Shown here piece after piece: positions 16,401-30,275 of a DNA stretch of 64,000 nt. Below the pieces are notes generated by a model. That model did no database searches and was not told the origin of the DNA. It saw only the letters and a list, made by a program, of their open reading frames with translations. Position numbers and translations under genes: made by a program. This DNA comes from Eledone cirrhosa (taxonomy: Eukaryota), in contig CAXHJY010000409.1 of the NCBI GenBank assembly GCA_964016885.1, positions 62,001-126,000 of the forward strand. The letters are read 5' to 3'. The first letter of the stretch is position 1. Every line of letters begins with the position of its first letter.

Positions 16401-19400
16401 TAAATATATGTAAGATATAGCACTACTGTCCTCATATTTGGCAATGGTTTAAATATATGCAAGATATAGCACTACTGTCCTCATATTTGGCAATGGTTTA
16501 AATATATGTAAGATATAGCACTACTGTCTTCATATTTGGCCATGGTTTAAATATATGCAAGATATAGCACTACTGTCTTCATATTTGGCCATGGTTTAAA
16601 TATATGTAAGATATAGCACTACTGCCTTCATATTCGGCAACGGTTTAAATATATGTAAGATATAGCATTACTGCCTTCATATTTGGCAATGGTTTAAATA
16701 TATGTAAGATATAGCACTAGTGTCCTCATATTTGGCAATGGTTTAAATAAATATATGTAAGATATAGCACTACTGTCCTCATATTTGGCAATGGTTTAAA
16801 TATATGTAAGATATAGCACTACTGTCCTCATATTTGGCAATGGTTTAAATATATGTAAGATATAGCACTACTGTCTTCATATTTGGCAATGGTTTAAATA
16901 TATGTAAGATATAGCACTACTGTCCTCATATTTGGCAATGGTTTAAATATATGTAAGATATAGCACTACTGTCCTCATATTTGGCAATGGTTTAAATAAA
17001 TATATGTAAGATATAGCACTACTGTCCTCATATTTGGCAATGGTTTAAATAAATATATGTAAGATATAGCACTAGTGTCTTCATATTTGGCAATGGTTTA
17101 AATATATGTAAGATATAGCACTACTGTCTTCATATTTGGCCATGGTTTAAATATATGTCAGATATAGCACTACTGTCTTCATATTTGGCCATGGTTTAAA
17201 TATATGTAAGATATAGCACTACTGTCCTCATATTTGGCAATGGTTTAAATATATGTAAGATATAGCACTACTGTCTTCATATTTGGCCATGGTTTAAATA
17301 TATGTAAGATATAGCACTACTGTCCTCATATTTGGCAATGGTTTAACTATATGCAAGATATAGCACTACTGTCTTCATATTTGGCAATGGTTTAAATATA
17401 TGTAAGATATAGCACTACTGTCCTCATATTTGGCAATGGTTTAAATATATGTAAGATATAGCACTAGTGTCCTCATATTTGGCAATGGTTTAAATAAATA
17501 TATGTAAGATATAGCACTACTGTCCTCATATTTGGCAATGGTTTAAATAAATATATGTAAGATATAGCACTACTGTCCTCATATTTGGCAATGGTTTAAA
17601 TATATGTAAGATATAGCACTACTGTCCTCATATTTGGCAATGGTTTAACTATATGCAAGATATAGCACTACTGTCTTCATATTTGGCAATGGTTTAAATA
17701 TATGTAAGATATAGCACTACTGTCTTCATATTTGGCAATGGTTTAAATATATGTAAGATATAGCACTAGTGTCCTCATATTTGGCAATGGTTTAAATAAA
17801 TATATGTAAGATATAGCACTACTGTCGTCATATTTGGCAATGGGTTAAATAAATATATGTAAGATATAGCACTAGTGTCCTCATATTTGGCAATGGTTTA
17901 AATATATGTAAGATATAGCACTACTGTCCTCATTTTTGGCAATGGTTTAAATATATCTAAGCTATAGCACTACTGTCCTCATATTTGGCAATGGTTTAAA
18001 TATATGTAAGATATAGCACTACTGTCTTCATATTTGGCAATGGTTTAAATATATGTAAGATATAGCACTACTGTCCTCATATTTGGCAATGGCTTAAATA
18101 TATGTAAGATATAGCACTACTGTTTTCATATTAGGCAATGGTTTAAATATATGTAAGATATAGCACAACTGTCTTCATATTTGGCAATGGTTTAAATATA
18201 TGTAAGATATAGCACTACTGTCCTCATATTTGACCATGGTTTAAATATATGTAAGATATAGCACTACTGTCTTCATATTTGGCAATGGTTTAAATATATG
18301 TAAGATATAGCACTACTGTCCTCATATTTGGCAATGGTTTAAATATATGTAAGATATAGCACTACTGTCCTCATATTTGGCAATGGTTTAAATATATGCA
18401 AGATATAGCACTACTGTCCTCATATTTGGCAATGGTTTAAATATATGTAAGATATAGCACTACTGTCTTCATATTTGGCCATGGTTTAAATATATGCAAG
18501 ATATAGCACTACTGTCTTCATATTTGGCCATGGTTTAAATATATGTAAGATATAGCACTACTGCCTTCATATTCGGCAACGGTTTAAATATATGTTAGAT
18601 ATAGCATTACTGCCTTCATATTTGGCAATGGTTTAAATATATGTAAGATATAGCACTAGTGTCCTCATATTTGGCAATGGTTTAAATAAATATATGTAAG
18701 ATATAGCACTACTGTCCTCATATTTGGCAATGGTTTAAATATATGTAAGATATAGCACTACTGTCCTCATATTTGGCAATGGTTTAAATATATGTAAGAT
18801 ATAGCACTACTGTCTTCATATTTGGCAATGGTTTAAATATATGTAAGATATAGCACTACTGTCCTCATATTTGGCAATGGTTTAAATATATGTAAGATAT
18901 AGCACTAGTGTCCTCATATTTGGCAATGGTTTAAATAAATATATGTAAGATATAGCACTACTGTCCTCATATTTGGCAATGGTTTAAATAAATATATGTA
19001 AGATATAGCACTACTGTCCTCATATTTGGCAATGGTTTAAATATATGTAAGATATAGCACTACTGTCCTCATATTTGGCAATGGTTTAACTATATGCAAG
19101 ATATAGCACTACTGTCTTCATATTTGGCAATGGTTTAAATATATGTAAGATATAGCACTACTGTCTTCATATTTGGCCATGGTTTAAATATATGTAAGAT
19201 ATAGCACTACTGTCCTCATATTTGGCAATGGTTTAACTATATGCAAGATATAGCACTACTGTCTTCATATTTGGCAATGGTTTAAATATATGTAAGATAT
19301 AGCACTACTGTCCTCATATTTGGCAATGGTTTAAATATATGTAAGATATAGCACTACTGTCCTCATATTTGGCAATGGTTTAAATAAATATATGTAAGAT

Positions 19401-20960
19401 ATAGCACTACTGTCCTCATATTTTGCAATGGTTTAAATATATGTAAGATATAGCACTACTGTCCTCATATTTGGCAATGGTTTAAATATATGTAAGCTAT
19501 AGCACTACTGTCCTCATATTTGACCATGGTTTAAATATATGTAAGATATAGCACTACTGTCTTCATATTTGGCAATGGTTTAAATATATGTAAGATATAG
19601 CACTACTGTCCTTATATTTGGCAATGGCTTAAATATATGTGAGATATAGCACTACTGTTTTCATATTAGGCAATGGTTTAAATATATGTAAGATATAGCA
19701 CTACTGTCTTCATATTTGGCAATGGTTTAAATATATGTAAGATATAGCACTAGTGTCCTCATATTTGGCAATGGCTTAAATATATGTAAGATATAGCACT
19801 ACTGTCCTCATATTTGGCAATGGTTTAAATATATGTAAGATATAGCACTACTGTCCTCATATTTGGCAATGGTTTAAATATAAGTAAGATATAGTACTAC
19901 TGTTTTCATAGTTGGCAATGGTTTAAATATATGTAAGATATAGCACTACTGTCCTCATATTTGGCAATGGTTTAAATATATGTAAGATATAGCACAACTG
20001 TCTTCATATTTGGCAATGGTTTAAATATATGTAAGATATAGCACAACTGTCTTCATATTTGGCAATGGTTTAAATATATGTAAGATATAGCACTACTGTC
20101 CTCATATTTGGCAATGGTTTAAATATATGTAAGATATAGCACTACTGTCCTCATATTTGGCAATGGTTTAAATATAAGTAAGATATAGCACTACTGTCTT
20201 CATAGTTGGCAATGGTTTAAATATATGTAAGATATAGCACTACTGTCTTCATATTTGGCAATGGTTTAAATATATGTAAGATATAGCACTACTGTCTTCA
20301 TATTTGGCAATGGTTTAAATATATGTAAGATATAGCACAACTGTCTTCATATTTGGCAATGGTTTAAATATATGTAAGATATAGCACTACTGTCTTCATA
20401 TTTGGCAATGGCTTAAATATATGTAAGATATAGCACTACTGTCTTCATATTTGGCAATGGTTTAAATATATGTAAGATATAGCACTACTGTCCTCATATT
20501 TGGCAATGGTTTAAATATATGTAAGATATAGCACTACTGTCTTCATATTTGGCAATGGTTTAAATATATGTAAGATATAGCACTACTGTCTTCATATTTG
20601 GCAATGGTTTAAATATATGTAAGATATAGCACTACTGTCTTCATATTTGGCAATGGTTTAAATATATGTAAGATATAGCACTACTGTCCTCATATTTGGC
20701 AATGGTTTAAATATATGTAAGATATAGCACTACTGTCTTCATATTTGGCCATGGTTTAACTATATGCAAGATATAGCATTACTGTCCTCATATTTGGCAA
20801 TGGTTTAAATATATGTAAGATATAGCACTACTGTCTTCATATTTGGCAATGGTTTAAATATATGTAAGATATAGCACTTTACTGTTTTTATATCTGAGCC
20901 AAATTAATAGCAAAGGTTATTAATATATGTAAGATATAACACTACTGTCTTATATCAGAC
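10478..20960. repeat. 49-bp tandem satellite, right part; clean units end ~20878, degenerate unit to ~20960
   Basis: Same consensus and variant set as 1-9443. Confidence 0.98.
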
Positions 20961-21091
20961 TATTTACTGTTGATTATTTTTGTCATGAAAAGATTTATCT
21001 GTTTCTCTCAAATAATATATTACTGAGTATCAGTTTCACCACAAGATGAACGCGACTTAACTATAGGTTTCATCTATCTTTGATTTTTAGA

Positions 21092-24000
21092 CCTCTGCTG
21101 TGTACTGTGGCAACTGTTCTATCAAACTGACACTACTCCCTCTGCTGTGTACTGTGGGGACTGTTCTATCAAACTGACAACACTCCCTCTGCTGTGTACT
21201 GTGGGGACTGTTCTATCAAACTGACACTACTCCCTCTGCTGTGTACTGTGGCAACTGTTCTATCAAACTGACACTATTCCCTCTGCTGTGTACTGTGGGG
21301 ACTGTTCTATCAAAGTGACACTACTCCCTCTGCTGTGTACTGTGTGAAGTGTTCTATCAAACTGACACTACTCCCTCTGCTGTGTACTGTAGGGACTGTT
21401 CTATCAAACTGACAACACTCCCTCTGCTGTATCCTGTGGAGACTGTTCTATCAAATTGACACTACTCCCTCTGCTGTGTACTGTGGCAACTGTTCTATCA
21501 AACTGACACTACTCCCTCTGCTGTGTACTGTGGGGACTGTTCTATCAAACTGACAACACTCCCTCTGCTGTGTCCTGTGGAGACTGTTCTATCAAACTGA
21601 CACTACTCCCTCTGCTGTGTACGTGGGGACTGTTCTATCAAACTGACACTACTCCCTCTGCTGTGTACTGTGTGAAGTGTTCTATCAAACTGACACTACT
21701 CCCTCTGCTGTGTACTGTGTGAAGTGTTCTATCAAACTGACACTACTCCCTCTGCTGTGTACTGTGGGGACTGTTCTATCAAACTGACAACACTCCCTCT
21801 GCTGTGTCCTGTGGAGACTGTTCTATCAAACTGACACTACTCCCTCTGCTGTGTACGTGGCGACTGTTCTATCAAACTGACACTACTCCCTCTGCTGTGT
21901 CCTGTGGAGACTGTTCTATCAAACTGACACTACTCCCTCTGCTGTGTACTGTGGCGACTGTTCTATCAAACTGACACTACTCCCTCTGCTGTGTACTGTG
22001 GGGACTGTTCTATCAAACTGACAACACTCCCTCTGCTGTGTCCTGTGGAGACTGTTCTATCAAACTGACACTACTCCCTCTGCTGTGTACGTGGCGACTG
22101 TTCTATCAAACTGACACTACTCCCTCTGCTGTGTCCTGTGGAGACTGTTCTATCAAACTGACACTACTCCCTCTGCTGTGTACTGTGGCGACTGTTCTCT
22201 CAAACTGACACTACTCCCTCTGCTGTGTACTGTGGCGACTGTTCTCTCAAACTGACACTACTCCCTCTGCTGTGTACGTGGCGACTGTTCTATCAAACTG
22301 ACAACACTCCCTCTGCTGTATACTGTGGCGACTGTTCTATCAAACTGACACTACTCCCTCTGCTGTGTACGTGGGGACTGTTCTATCAAACTGACACTAC
22401 TCCCTCTGCTGTGTACTGTGTGAAGTGTTCTATCAAACTGACACTACTCCCTCTGCTGTGTACTGTGTGAAGTGTTCTATCAAACTGACACTACTCCCTC
22501 TGCTGTGTACTGTGGGGACTGTTCTATCAAACTGACAACACTCCCTCTGCTGTGTCCTGTGGAGACTGTTCTATCAAACTAACACTACTCCCTCTGCTGT
22601 GTACGTGGCGACTGTTCTATCAAACTGACACTACTCCCTCTGCTGTGTCCTGTGGAGACTGTTCTATCAAACTGACACTACTCCCTCTGCTGTGTACTGT
22701 GGCGACTGTTCTATCAAACTGACACTACTCCCTCTGCTGTGTACTGTGGCGACTGTTCTATCAAACTGACACTACTCCCTCTGCTGTGTACGTGGCGACT
22801 GTTCTATCAAACTGACAACACTCCCTCTGCTGTGTACTGTGGCGACTGTTCTATCAAACTGACACTACTCCCTCTGCTGTGTCCTGTGGAGACTGTTCTA
22901 TCAAACTGACACTACTCCCTCTGCTGTGTACTGTGGCGACTGTTCTATCAAACTGACACTACTCCCTCTGCTGTGTACTGTGGGGACTGTTCTATCAAAC
23001 TGACAACACTCCCTCTGCTGTGTCCTGTGGAGACTGTTCTATCAAACTGACACTACTCCCTCTGCTGTGTACTGTGGCGACTGTTCTATCAAACTGACAC
23101 TACTCCCTCTGCTGTGTACGTGGGGACTGTTCTATCAAACTGACACTACTCCCTCTGCTGTGTACTGCGTGAAGTGTTCTGTCAAACTGACACTACTCCC
23201 TCTGCTGTGTACGTGGGGACTGTTCTATCAAACTGACACTACTCCCTCTGCTGTGTACTGCGTGAAGTGTTCTGTCAAACTGACACTACTCCCTCTGCTG
23301 TGTACTGTGGCAACTGTTCTATCAAACTGACACTACTCCCTCTGCTGTGTACTGTGTGAAGTGTTCTATCAAACTGACACTACTCCCTCTGCTGTGTACT
23401 GTGGCGACTGTTCTATCAAACTGACACTACTCCCTCTGCTGTGTACTGCGTGAAGTGTTCTGTCAAACTGACACTACTCCCTCTGCTGTGTACTGTGGCA
23501 ACTGTTCTATCAAACTGACACTACTCCCTCTGCTGTGTACTGCGTGAAGTGTTCTGTCAAACTGACACTACTCCCTCTGCTGTGTACTGTGGCAACTGTT
23601 CTATCAAACTGACACTACTCCCTCTGCTGTGTACTGCGTGAAGTGTTCTGTCAAACTGACACTACTCCCTCTGCTGTGTACTGTGGCAACTGTTCTATCA
23701 AACTGACACTACTCCCTCTGCTGTGTACTGTGGCAACTGTTCTATCAAACTGACACTACTCCCTCTGCTGTGTACTGTGTGAAGTGTTCTATCAAACTGA
23801 CACTATTCCCTCTGCTGTGTACTGTGTGAAGTGTTCTATCAAACTGACACTACTCCCTCTGCTGTGTACGTGGCGACTGTTCTATCAAACTGACAACACT
23901 CCCTCTGCTGTATACTGTGGCGACTGTTCTATCAAACTGACACTACTCCCTCTGCTGTGTACGTGGGGACTGTTCTATCAAACTGACACTACTCCCTCTG

Positions 24001-25130
24001 CTGTGTACTGTGTGAAGTGTTCTATCAAACTGACACTACTCCCTCTGCTGTGTACTGTGTGAAGTGTTCTATCAAACTGACACTACTCCCTCTGCTGTGT
24101 ACTGTGGGGACTGTTCTATCAAACTGACAACACTCCCTCTGCTGTGTCCTGTGGAGACTGTTCTATCAAACTAACACTACTCCCTCTGCTGTGTACGTGG
24201 CGACTGTTCTATCAAACTGACACTACTCCCTCTGCTGTGTCCTGTGGAGACTGTTCTATCAAACTGACACTACTCCCTCTGCTGTGTACTGTGGCGACTG
24301 TTCTATCAAACTGACACTACTCCCTCTGCTGTGTACTGTGGCGACTGTTCTATCAAACTGACACTACTCCCTCTGCTGTGTACGTGGCGACTGTTCTATC
24401 AAACTGACAACACTCCCTCTGCTGTGTACTGTGGCGACTGTTCTATCAAACTGACACTACTCCCTCTGCTGTGTCCTGTGGCGACTGTTCTATCAAACTG
24501 ACACTACTCCCTCTGCTGTGTACTGTGGGGACTGTTCTATCAAACTGACAACACTCCCTCTGCTGTGTCCTGTGGAGACTGTTCTATCAAACTGACACTA
24601 CTCCCTCTGCTGTGTACTGTGGCGACTGTTCTATCAAACTGACACTACTCCCTCTGTTGTGTACGTGGGGACTGTTCTATCAAACTGACACTACTCCCTC
24701 TGCTGTGTACTGCGTGAAGTGTTCTGTCAAACTGACACTACTCCCTCTGCTGTGTACGTGGGGACTGTTCTATCAAACTGACACTACTCCCTCTGCTGTG
24801 TACTGCGTGAAGTGTTCTGTCAAACTGACACTACTCCCTCTGCTGTGTACTGTGGCAACTGTTCTATCAAACTGACACTACTCCCTCTGCTGTGTACTGC
24901 GTGAAGTGTTCTGTCAAACTGACACTACTCCCTCTGCTGTGTACTGTGGCAACTGTTCTATCAAACTGACACTACTCCCTCTGCTGTGTACTGTGTGAAG
25001 TGTTCTATCAAACTGACACTATTCCCTCTGCTGTGTACTGCGTGAAGTGTTCTGTCAAACTGACACTACTCCCTCTGCTGTGTACTGTGTGAAGTGTTCT
25101 ATCAAACTGACACTACTCCCTCTGCTGTGT
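21092..25130. repeat. 47-bp tandem minisatellite (CTCTGCTGTGTACTGTGGCGACTGTTCTATCAAACTGACACTACTCC; 46-bp variants), ~86 units
   Basis: CTCTGCTG at 21093 and 21140; variable central segment (GGCAAC/GGGGAC/GGAGAC/GTGAAG). Confidence 0.97.
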
Positions 25131-25227
25131 AGGAGTGTGATATATGTAGTGTGTTATCATATGATATCACACTCCTATACAAATGTTATCATATGATATC
25201 ACACTACATATATCACACTCCTATACA
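25126..25227. repeat. Inverted repeat (~40-bp arms) abutting the end of the 47-bp array
   Basis: TAGGAGTGTGATATATGTAGTGTGTTATCATATGATA versus TATCATATGATATCACACTACATATATCACACTCCTA, 1 mismatch. Confidence 0.85.
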
Positions 25228-25959
25228 AATGATATATGATATTACACTATATAAATGACATCACTCACTTATACAAATGATGATATAATACCACATTATA
25301 CAAGCAATTAAAAATAAATGTGTTTTATTTAGCAACACCTAATGAAACCTGAAACATCTCACTTAAATTGGTATGTTTATTGTGTAGATCAGCAACACTA
25401 GATAGGTTGTCATGACACAACTGAAGAGTACTCAACATTTTAGTCAAATTTCTACAGCCCTCTCTGCTCTGTAGGGGTTGGAGTGGAGAGATAGCGGAAG
25501 GGAAATAAGTACAAAGTTATAGTGGTGTGTACAATATATGCTATAAGCTACAATAAACTAGACCAATAAACACACCCAGTACATGCTATAAAGTGGTTGA
25601 TGTAGGAAGCTTACCAAAGGGTTGGGATGACCCCTCTGTAGTGCTAAGAACATGACAGCTCCCCTAATGTTGGTAATCTACATGATAAATTCACCCAACA
25701 CATCTGTAAAGTTGATTGTGATAGGGAGGGCATCCAAACAAAGGGTTGTAGAGGACACTAGCCTGCACCAATCATCTCCCTATCCCACTCCAGTCACCTT
25801 TCCCAGGCTAATACTCTGCCTTCACCAACTAGAAATCCCACTCACCTTGTCCATGTATAACTTGCATACTCATTCCACACTCCTGAGGTACCTCTCCTGT
25901 CCTGTACAACCCAAGCACACAAGCATGGAAAACTGGACATGCTCCAAATTTGCTCTGCT

Positions 25960-26336
25960 CCCCTCCCATAATGCTGCTGCCACGACAAAAAAAGCATTTT
26001 GCTCACTCTGTATAATGATTTGGTCCCACAACAGCAAAAGCACCTTGTCCATTCTGTTAGGTCATACTGATAACATGACAAGAGACAACTCCTATTTCAC
26101 ACTGTAAGGTGGTTGCACTGGTGACATGACAAGAGGTTCCAAGCCCACCCTGTTAAATGGCTGTTTCGATGCCTTGATAAAAAGCACCCAGTCCACACAA
26201 GAAGGGCATCCAGTCATAGAAACCAAACCAAAATACACAAGACATGGTCACCTGGCCTGAATTGTCTCATAACATGACAGCCTATCTAACCCATACAACC
26301 ATGGAAGAAAGACATTAAATGATGATGATGATGATT
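25960..26336 (+). mobile_element. Degenerate RTE 3'-UTR-family element with (GAT)n tail
   Basis: AAAAGCACCCAGTCCAC, GAAGGGCATCCAG and CCCAT..CATGGAA..GACATTAAATGATGATGAT match the 3' end of the 9444-10477 LINE. Confidence 0.75.
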
Positions 26337-28781
26337 TTATAAATACACACATACATATGTATGTGTGTGTTTCTTTATGTCTAACCTTTGACTTGAAATT
26401 TATATATGAAAATTAATTTTTATTGAAATTTTCTCTATTTCTCATCGGGTATGAATGAAAATTCAGAAACAGACCTGCATATTTGAATTCGAGATACAGT
26501 GTTTACTTTGTAAACTGTTAAAAATTATAACACACTTCTAACTCAGCTGACCAAACTAATTATATAATTGTCTCTAGTCCACTGCTGAGTCACTGATTTT
26601 GGTTGTCATTTTAAAGTCAAGCCATTGTTATATTAGGTTCATAATTGATTTTGATAATCTTTAATGTCTTTTTAGATGGAAACATTAGGGGAAAAAAGAA
26701 CTTGTGTTTTGTTTTTGTGAGTTTTTTTTTTTCTTGCAATTAAAGTAATTTGAATCTAATTTTTGCTTTCGGTAAAGGATATATTAACCTTTTTTTACAA
26801 GTTAAACAGATAGTATTCTGAAAAATGAAGTACTAATATGTTTTTGTGTTGATAAATATATATACACGTAGTTCATTATTATATCATCAGATTTACATGT
26901 TATGTATCAATTTGATTTCTTTGCTGTATTACCTTTCTCCTACACTGTCTATCCATTGTTAATCATGTTAGTCAAAGCTCTGTGAGATGATGTCTAACTG
27001 TTTTTATCTAATGTCAGCTCCACTTGTCAATCTATTCAAAACTGATTAGACTTGTATACAAAGTCTACATCATCATCTGTTGAAATCTATTAAACCTGAT
27101 CGTATAATGTTTACTCACAGAATAGATAGCCATCTCTCTTAAATTACCATTAATTCATCCAATACACTAAAGTCAATTTACTCTTTCTTTCATTCTGATG
27201 CTGTTGTCCATTGTCCAGATTTCTCTGCCCTATAATATGACACTTATCACATGAAGAAAACTATTGTACTTTTCTAGAGAGAAAGAATCTTTTCTATACG
27301 ATAATCAATACTAAATGTGTGTACTATTCAAGCTCTCAAAGCCCCCCCCCCCCCCTCACGGGGGGGGGGGCTGGGGCTTAAGGGGGTGCTAGAAATAATA
27401 TAATAGTATATTAAATATCAAATACATATTATATATAGATATAGTAAGCTAAAAAATATATTTTTATTTACACACAGTATATATTATATTATTATATACA
27501 AATTAACGATTTTATTTATATATTATTTACAATTTACATGTAGGCAGGTTTCTCTGGAAATAGGGTTGGGGGGGGGGGGGGTGAGAGTATTACATGGTTG
27601 TGAGGGGAGCGGTGGCCCAAAAAGTTTAAGAACCTTTGCTGTTTTCTAACCAATATATAACTATATGAAAACCAATATATAACTATATGAAAACCAATAT
27701 TGTGTGTATATATTATATCTAACCTATATATGTAAATCAACAATATTTGTGTATATTACATTATCTAACCAATATATAACTATTTAAAAGCTAATACTAA
27801 ATGTGTGTATATTACATATCTTTTTATCAGGCATTGGAGATATGTACATATATATAAGAACAATTTTGATCAATACACAATAATATTGATCATATTATAG
27901 TCTGGTAATCAATTGATGACAAAACAGTTGTGAAAAGAAGCAATCAGAGCGTACACATCCGTTAATATTACCTAAATAAACATATCCAATACCATGCTTA
28001 GACATATAAAGGCACAAGTAAAGCAGGGGGGGAAGCTATGAACTTACATGAAAAGAGTAAATACCGATTCCTTATATAACCCAGAAGAAATGATGCTAAA
28101 AAAGTGTTTTTTTCATTCTCGTGTTGGTTGATATGCCTTGATTCAATATTTCATAAGAGGTCCAACCTTTATTAGCATGGAAAGAGGATATTAAATAATG
28201 ATAATGAAATTATTATACATTACCAGATCTTCTAATGTTATTAGTCTACCTCTGCCATGGGTACCTTCCACTATTAGCTCATTTAATAACTACCTTTAGT
28301 ACTAATTATACCACCTAAGTGGCAGGAACTATATACTTATAACAAGCCATCAACACCATGTGTGGTATTCATTTCGTTTGTATCTCTATACAAAATGACT
28401 TCTGTACATAACCCTTATCTAACTCACATGTTGCAAAGTGTTTGACATGTACTGACATAGTAATTTATTTAAGACACCTATCTGAGTAGTACTACCGAAG
28501 TAAGGTTTAAGATAACCACCTCACATTAACTTCAAAGAAGGAAGCTTAATAACAACACTACGGCTTGATATATTAAATAAGAAAAATCAAATAAAATTGT
28601 AAAAAAGAATAAGATATTTGCTGATAAAAGAAATCATGGCATTTGAAGTATTTACATGTAAAGTTTCTGAAGCTGATAAAAAAGGCTTGTGTCCAATACT
28701 GAAAAATACTTTTCAAAATAAGGTATGATACTTTATAGCAATAATTTTCTACTGACTGATTCACTAAATAATAATAATAAG

Positions 28782-29630
28782 CATCATCATCATCATCACC
28801 ATTTTACATCCATTTTTCCACGTTAGCATGGGTTAGACAAATTGTTCTGTTGTGGGCAATGTCAAGTCAGGTGACCCTGTCTTACTCATACAGAATTGAT
28901 TTTGGCTTGGTTTCTACAGCTGGATGCCCTTCCTAACGCCAACCTCATTTACAGTGAGTGCTGGGGGCTTTTTGTCATGACACCTACACAACCACTTTAC
29001 AGCGTGGACTGGGTGCTTTTTGTCATGACACCTACACAACCACTTTACAGCGTGGACTGGGTGCTTTTTGTCATGACACCTACACAACCACTTTACAGCG
29101 TGGACTGGGTGCTTTTTGTCGTGATACCTACAGGACCACTTTATATCGTGGACTGGGTGCTTTTTGTCATGACACCTACACAACCACTTTATATCGTGGA
29201 CTGGGTGCTTTTTGTCGTGATACCTACACAACCACTTTACAGCGTGGACTGGGTGCTTTTTGTCGTGACACCTACAGGACCACTTTACAGCGTGGACTGG
29301 CTGCTTTTTGTCATGACACCTACACAACCACTTTACAGCGTGGACTGGGTGCTTTTTGTCGTGATACCTACAGGACCACTTTACAGCGTGGACTGGGTGC
29401 TTTTTGTCGTGACACCTACAGGACCACTTTACAGCGTGGACTGGGTGTTTTTTGTCATGACACCTACACAACCACTTTACAGCGTGGACTGGCTGCTTTT
29501 TGTCGTGACACCTACAGGACCACTTTACAGCGTGGACTGGGTGCTTTTTGTCGAGACACCTACACGACCACTTTACAGCGTGGACTGGGTGCTTTTTGTC
29601 GTGATACCTACAGGACCACTTTACAGTGGG
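28782..29630 (-). mobile_element. RTE 3'-UTR-family element containing an expanded 48-bp array
   Basis: (CAT)n at 28782, TTCCACGTTAGCATGGGTT and TTTCTACAGCTGGATGCCCTTCCTAAC shared with 9444-9720. Confidence 0.85.
28945..29627. repeat. 48-bp tandem array (CCACTTTACAGCGTGGACTGGGTGCTTTTTGTCRTGACACCTACACAA), ~14 units
   Basis: 16-aa periodic ORFs in three frames; direct inspection. Confidence 0.96.
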
Positions 29631-30224
29631 AGGGGGTGGGGGCATACTATATATATGCTTCAGCTTCGACTTGTACCCATGGGAAGTCAGGTCTTCTGTA
29701 TTACTTATGAGAATCTAAGCAAAATATAGTAATTGGCGACAGTTGTTATCATATACACCTGTATTAAAATATAATACTGTATATAATCATATATAAGCTG
29801 AGAAATATATGACAAAAAAAAACTATGGTAAAATGTGTGTGGGTGGGGCGAAAGACATATATTCAAGGTCAATATTTTGTCGATTTTCACCAACTTCAAA
29901 ATTCTTTGGAGGTGAATATTACACCAGTTTCACTTTGGAGGTGAATAGTATACTGGTTTCACTTCTGACGTTAAATACATATTTCCTATTGTTTTATTTG
30001 TTTTGAATGAATATGGCCTTCAAAACAGTTGGAAATTACATAATGGAGTTGTGAAATAAAAGCTATACTCAAAACGATACTAAGAAATTTTAAATATTAA
30101 AACTTCATAAATATATTCTCCACTCATGAGAATTTCAAAACCGCACCATCTAAACATTATGTGTTGATTAGCTGCCTTGGTTTATTAACGAGGTTTGGAA
30201 TTTTGTCCCTTTCTCAGACATAAA

Positions 30225-30275
30225 ATAGGGTGTTGGCTTATATTCAGATCAGCTTATATTTGAGTATATTTGGTA
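30225..30275. mobile_element. Possible terminal fragment of a Tc1/mariner-pogo-type MITE
   Basis: GGCTTATATTC..GCTTATATTTGAGTATATTTGGTA resembles such termini (recognition from memory only). Confidence 0.3.

Noticed and set aside
1-25130. CRISPR-like array or sequence-encoded memory
   Set aside because: Units are contiguous with no unique spacers, variants recur in duplicated blocks, there are no cas genes, and the context is eukaryotic
25652-26107. 151-aa ORF
   Set aside because: No recognisable motif, and it overlaps decayed repeat sequence
27341-27372. C-run/G-run hairpin
   Set aside because: Homopolymer-based and low information; no associated element ends confirmed
22225-29729. Cys-rich or periodic ORFs in the 47-bp and 48-bp arrays
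   Set aside because: Translations of tandem repeats; the 47-bp unit shifts frame at every copy
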